Positions 62,116 to 64,000 of a stretch of DNA of 64,000 nucleotides are shown piece by piece (positions within the stretch are counted from its first letter, which is position 1; every line of letters begins with the position of its first letter). Source of the DNA: an uncultured Rikenellaceae bacterium (GTDB lineage: Bacteria; Bacteroidota; Bacteroidia; Bacteroidales; VadinHA17); contig CAYPHL010000001.1 in assembly GCA_964410385.1 (NCBI GenBank), positions 5,485 to 69,484 of the forward strand, written 5' to 3'. The notes below the pieces were generated by a model. The model saw nothing but the letters and a program-made list of their open reading frames with translations, searched no databases and was not told the DNA's origin. Position numbers and translations under genes: made by a program.

Positions 62116-63036
62116 CTAATTTTTTATCAGGAAGCTGTCAGAAAACATTATTCTGAATGCCATTTTCAGATGTTCAGGCTTAATACCGGTATAAAAGTTG
62201 TGCAGGTCGATATTGAAAGGCTTATCCTGGCTGGATTCCAGCAGGCTGCCGGTGCCACCTGTTTTATCGAATACACTCAGTTTTGAGGCCCAGCCGAACA
62301 GGTAAATTGCATCACGGGGAGTTATACCTCCGGGTTTGCCTCCATGTTCCGTCCAGAGTGCCCAGAAAAGGTCGATGAGCTTATCGGTTTCATTCCTTAT
62401 GCCTTTACACTGGTCCCTGATTATGTTGTCTATCTCCTCCTTTGGAGGATATCGCAATGTTATGAGCGGGCGCATCCTGGAAAGGATGAACTCGGGGATC
62501 AGATTCAGATCAGCGGTATTTGTTGCCGCGACAAACCTGAATCCTGGATGCGCATGAATACGTTCGCCAAGAAGAGTGGAATCAATATATCTTCTTTCAT
62601 CCAGGACGCTTACAAGCAAGGCCAGTGCACGAGGCCTTATCTTTCCTATCTCATCAATGAAGCATATCCCGCCATTGTTCATTGCTGTGACAAGAGGTGA
62701 CAGAATATAATCCATAACTGAATTGTTATTGTCACTGAATCGTACCGTACAGGCAAGGTCCTCGGCGGTGACATCTTCATGACCCTGAAAAATATATAAT
62801 TGCCGGCCGGTTCTCCTGCTTATCTCATAGATCAGGCGGTTTTTGCCTGTCCCCGGTTCGCCGATCAGAAGAGGGCACATCGGGAGAGCATATTCACCGG
62901 CCATCCAGGCTGCGGTAAGCTGTCCTAATTCGGTTTCCCTTCCGAAAAACCCGTTGAAATACCTGTCCTGAGGAGAGAAAGGCTCACTCTGAAATACGGT
63001 TTTATTATTGATAATAAGCTTACGGTCGTTTGACAT
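62116..63036 (-). CDS. AAA+ ATPase (NtrC/MoxR/AAA_5-like core; no GAFTGA, no DNA-binding domain)
   Basis: Walker A GEPGTGKN (62862..62839), Walker B GICFIDEIG, sensor-1 FVAATNTADL, and Arg in ILSRMRP. The layout parallels the bEBP core in the same window (GESGTGKE…FLDEV…IAASN). Confidence 0.8.
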   Translation of the reverse strand: MSNDRKLIINNKTVFQSEPFSPQDRYFNGFFGRETELGQLTAAWMAGEYALPMCPLLIGEPGTGKNRLIYEISRRTGRQLYIFQGHEDVTAEDLACTVRFSDNNNSVMDYILSPLVTAMNNGGICFIDEIGKIRPRALALLVSVLDERRYIDSTLLGERIHAHPGFRFVAATNTADLNLIPEFILSRMRPLITLRYPPKEEIDNIIRDQCKGIRNETDKLIDLFWALWTEHGGKPGGITPRDAIYLFGWASKLSVFDKTGGTGSLLESSQDKPFNIDLHNFYTGIKPEHLKMAFRIMFSDSFLIKN

Positions 63037-63040
63037 ATCA

Positions 63041-64000
63041 TTAAATTTTGGATTTTTCAGGAAGCTGAAGCATTAATTTGTCTTTGTGGGAAGCCTGAGA
63101 CTGGCTTCCACGATTTATCTTAAACAGATCATGAATCAATCTGTAGTTGTTTTGCGATATAAGCAGGTGATCAGCATAACGGTTGTTCTCAGAAGTGTTG
63201 CTTTCTTTCCTTATTACTTTTATCTGTGACGGATCAGTCGAAAAGAACTCACCTGAATCCTCAGGTATAAATGCATATCCTTCCTCAAAAACAACCAATT
63301 TTCCTTTCAGCTTAATTTTGTCCGGTTCTTTTATGTCATATATCCATACCGGACCCTGATCTCCACCTGTCAAAACAAGGTCATTGACGATTATAACAGT
63401 CCACAAATAGTTACTATTAACGCAGGTGGAAGAGATCAGATCAAATTCAGGCAGCTTCCGGATATTCAATATGCCACCGGAATCAATACTGATAAATAAA
63501 TCGCGCTCAGGGCAGCAGATCATACTCTGGATTGTGAAATCATGACCTTTGAAAGAAGTCAGGTGGTTTTTACTGATATTGTATTTATATATTGTACCGG
63601 TTGTGCCTCCGAATACTATTGTTGCATGATCGGGCGATGCGATGGCCAGTATAGTTCCCAGTTCTTCATGGCAGAATATTTTCTGAATCATGCCTGAAGC
63701 ACAATCAATGATCTCAAAATTCCCGGTGTTCGAAACTGAATACAGGTGATTTTTTAAAAAAATACATGATCCTGCTCTTCTTGATCCGAGATGGTAACCA
63801 TTAAGCAATGTCAGCTTCTTCAGGGACCCATCTACCAAAGACCATTTCCTTATTGTGTTTGAGAAACGCTCAGGATCTTTATCAGAATCATAGGTATAAG
63901 AGTAAATATCTCCGGACTCTGCCGGGATATCGATCCAGGGACATCTTCCCATGCCGGGCTCCGTGAGTCTAAGGCGAAGGTTGAGTGTATTAAAATCCGT
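63041..64000 (-). CDS. WD40-like beta-propeller protein (N-terminus possibly beyond the window)
   Basis: WD-like repeats (FKGHDFTIQSMICCPERDLFISIDSGGILNIRKL; LTGGDQGPVWIYDI). The track starts it at ATG 63952, but the frame stays open to 64000 (…TDFNTLNLRLRLTEPG-MGRC…). Confidence 0.6.
   Translation of the reverse strand, partial: TDFNTLNLRLRLTEPGMGRCPWIDIPAESGDIYSYTYDSDKDPERFSNTIRKWSLVDGSLKKLTLLNGYHLGSRRAGSCIFLKNHLYSVSNTGNFEIIDCASGMIQKIFCHEELGTILAIASPDHATIVFGGTTGTIYKYNISKNHLTSFKGHDFTIQSMICCPERDLFISIDSGGILNIRKLPEFDLISSTCVNSNYLWTVIIVNDLVLTGGDQGPVWIYDIKEPDKIKLKGKLVVFEEGYAFIPEDSGEFFSTDPSQIKVIRKESNTSENNRYADHLLISQNNYRLIHDLFKINRGSQSQASHKDKLMLQLPEKSKI

Noticed and set aside
58093-64000. tRNA-Arg-adjacent region as an integrated genomic island or prophage remnant
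   Set aside because: No integrase, transposase or phage genes are present. I could find no direct repeat of the tRNA 3' end in the window, and no obvious compositional shift by eye. The far boundary is outside the window, so this remains only a positional hint.

Overview
The window looks like a Bacteroidota chromosome segment. Evidence: an LpxC-FabZ fusion, a T9SS C-terminal sorting domain, a V-type ATPase operon with a DUF2764 gene, and TAnnTTTG-type -7 boxes. The centre (about 15-58 kb) is ordinary housekeeping: HD-lpxD-lpxC/fabZ-lpxA, a 7-gene V-ATPase operon, sufBCDSE plus a DUF59 gene, queG, an ECF sigma factor, kdsB, a sigma-54 activator with lptE and secG, groES/groEL, lepA, a two-component pair, acpP-fabF-rnc, purN, an M23 peptidase, leuS and tRNA-Arg(CCG). 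The unusual content is at the two ends. (1) Left end, 1-14930, minus strand: a six-gene efflux locus encoding an ABC ATPase, a 1148-aa permease fusion, a TolC-like protein, an adaptor, an RND pump, and a second RND pump. The second RND gene is absent from the ORF track because it has no stop in the window. By hand translation it continues in frame into six extra transmembrane helices and an ABC ATPase domain, giving an RND/half-ABC fusion of at least 1502 codons. (2) Right end, 58664-64000, minus strand, just 3' of the tRNA: a tightly packed operon encoding a WD40-like protein, a deviant AAA+ ATPase, a 780-aa protein with a TraB/GumN/Tiki-like N-domain, a 153-aa unknown, and a RelA/SpoT-type HD hydrolase. 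I cannot match this operon to any described system, and it runs off the window. Intergenic spacers, and one ORF, also carry an unusual set of short-period (5-7 nt and 16 nt) tandem repeats. No CRISPR array, transposase or integrase was seen. All calls rest on reading the sequence and ORF track by eye; no searches were run.
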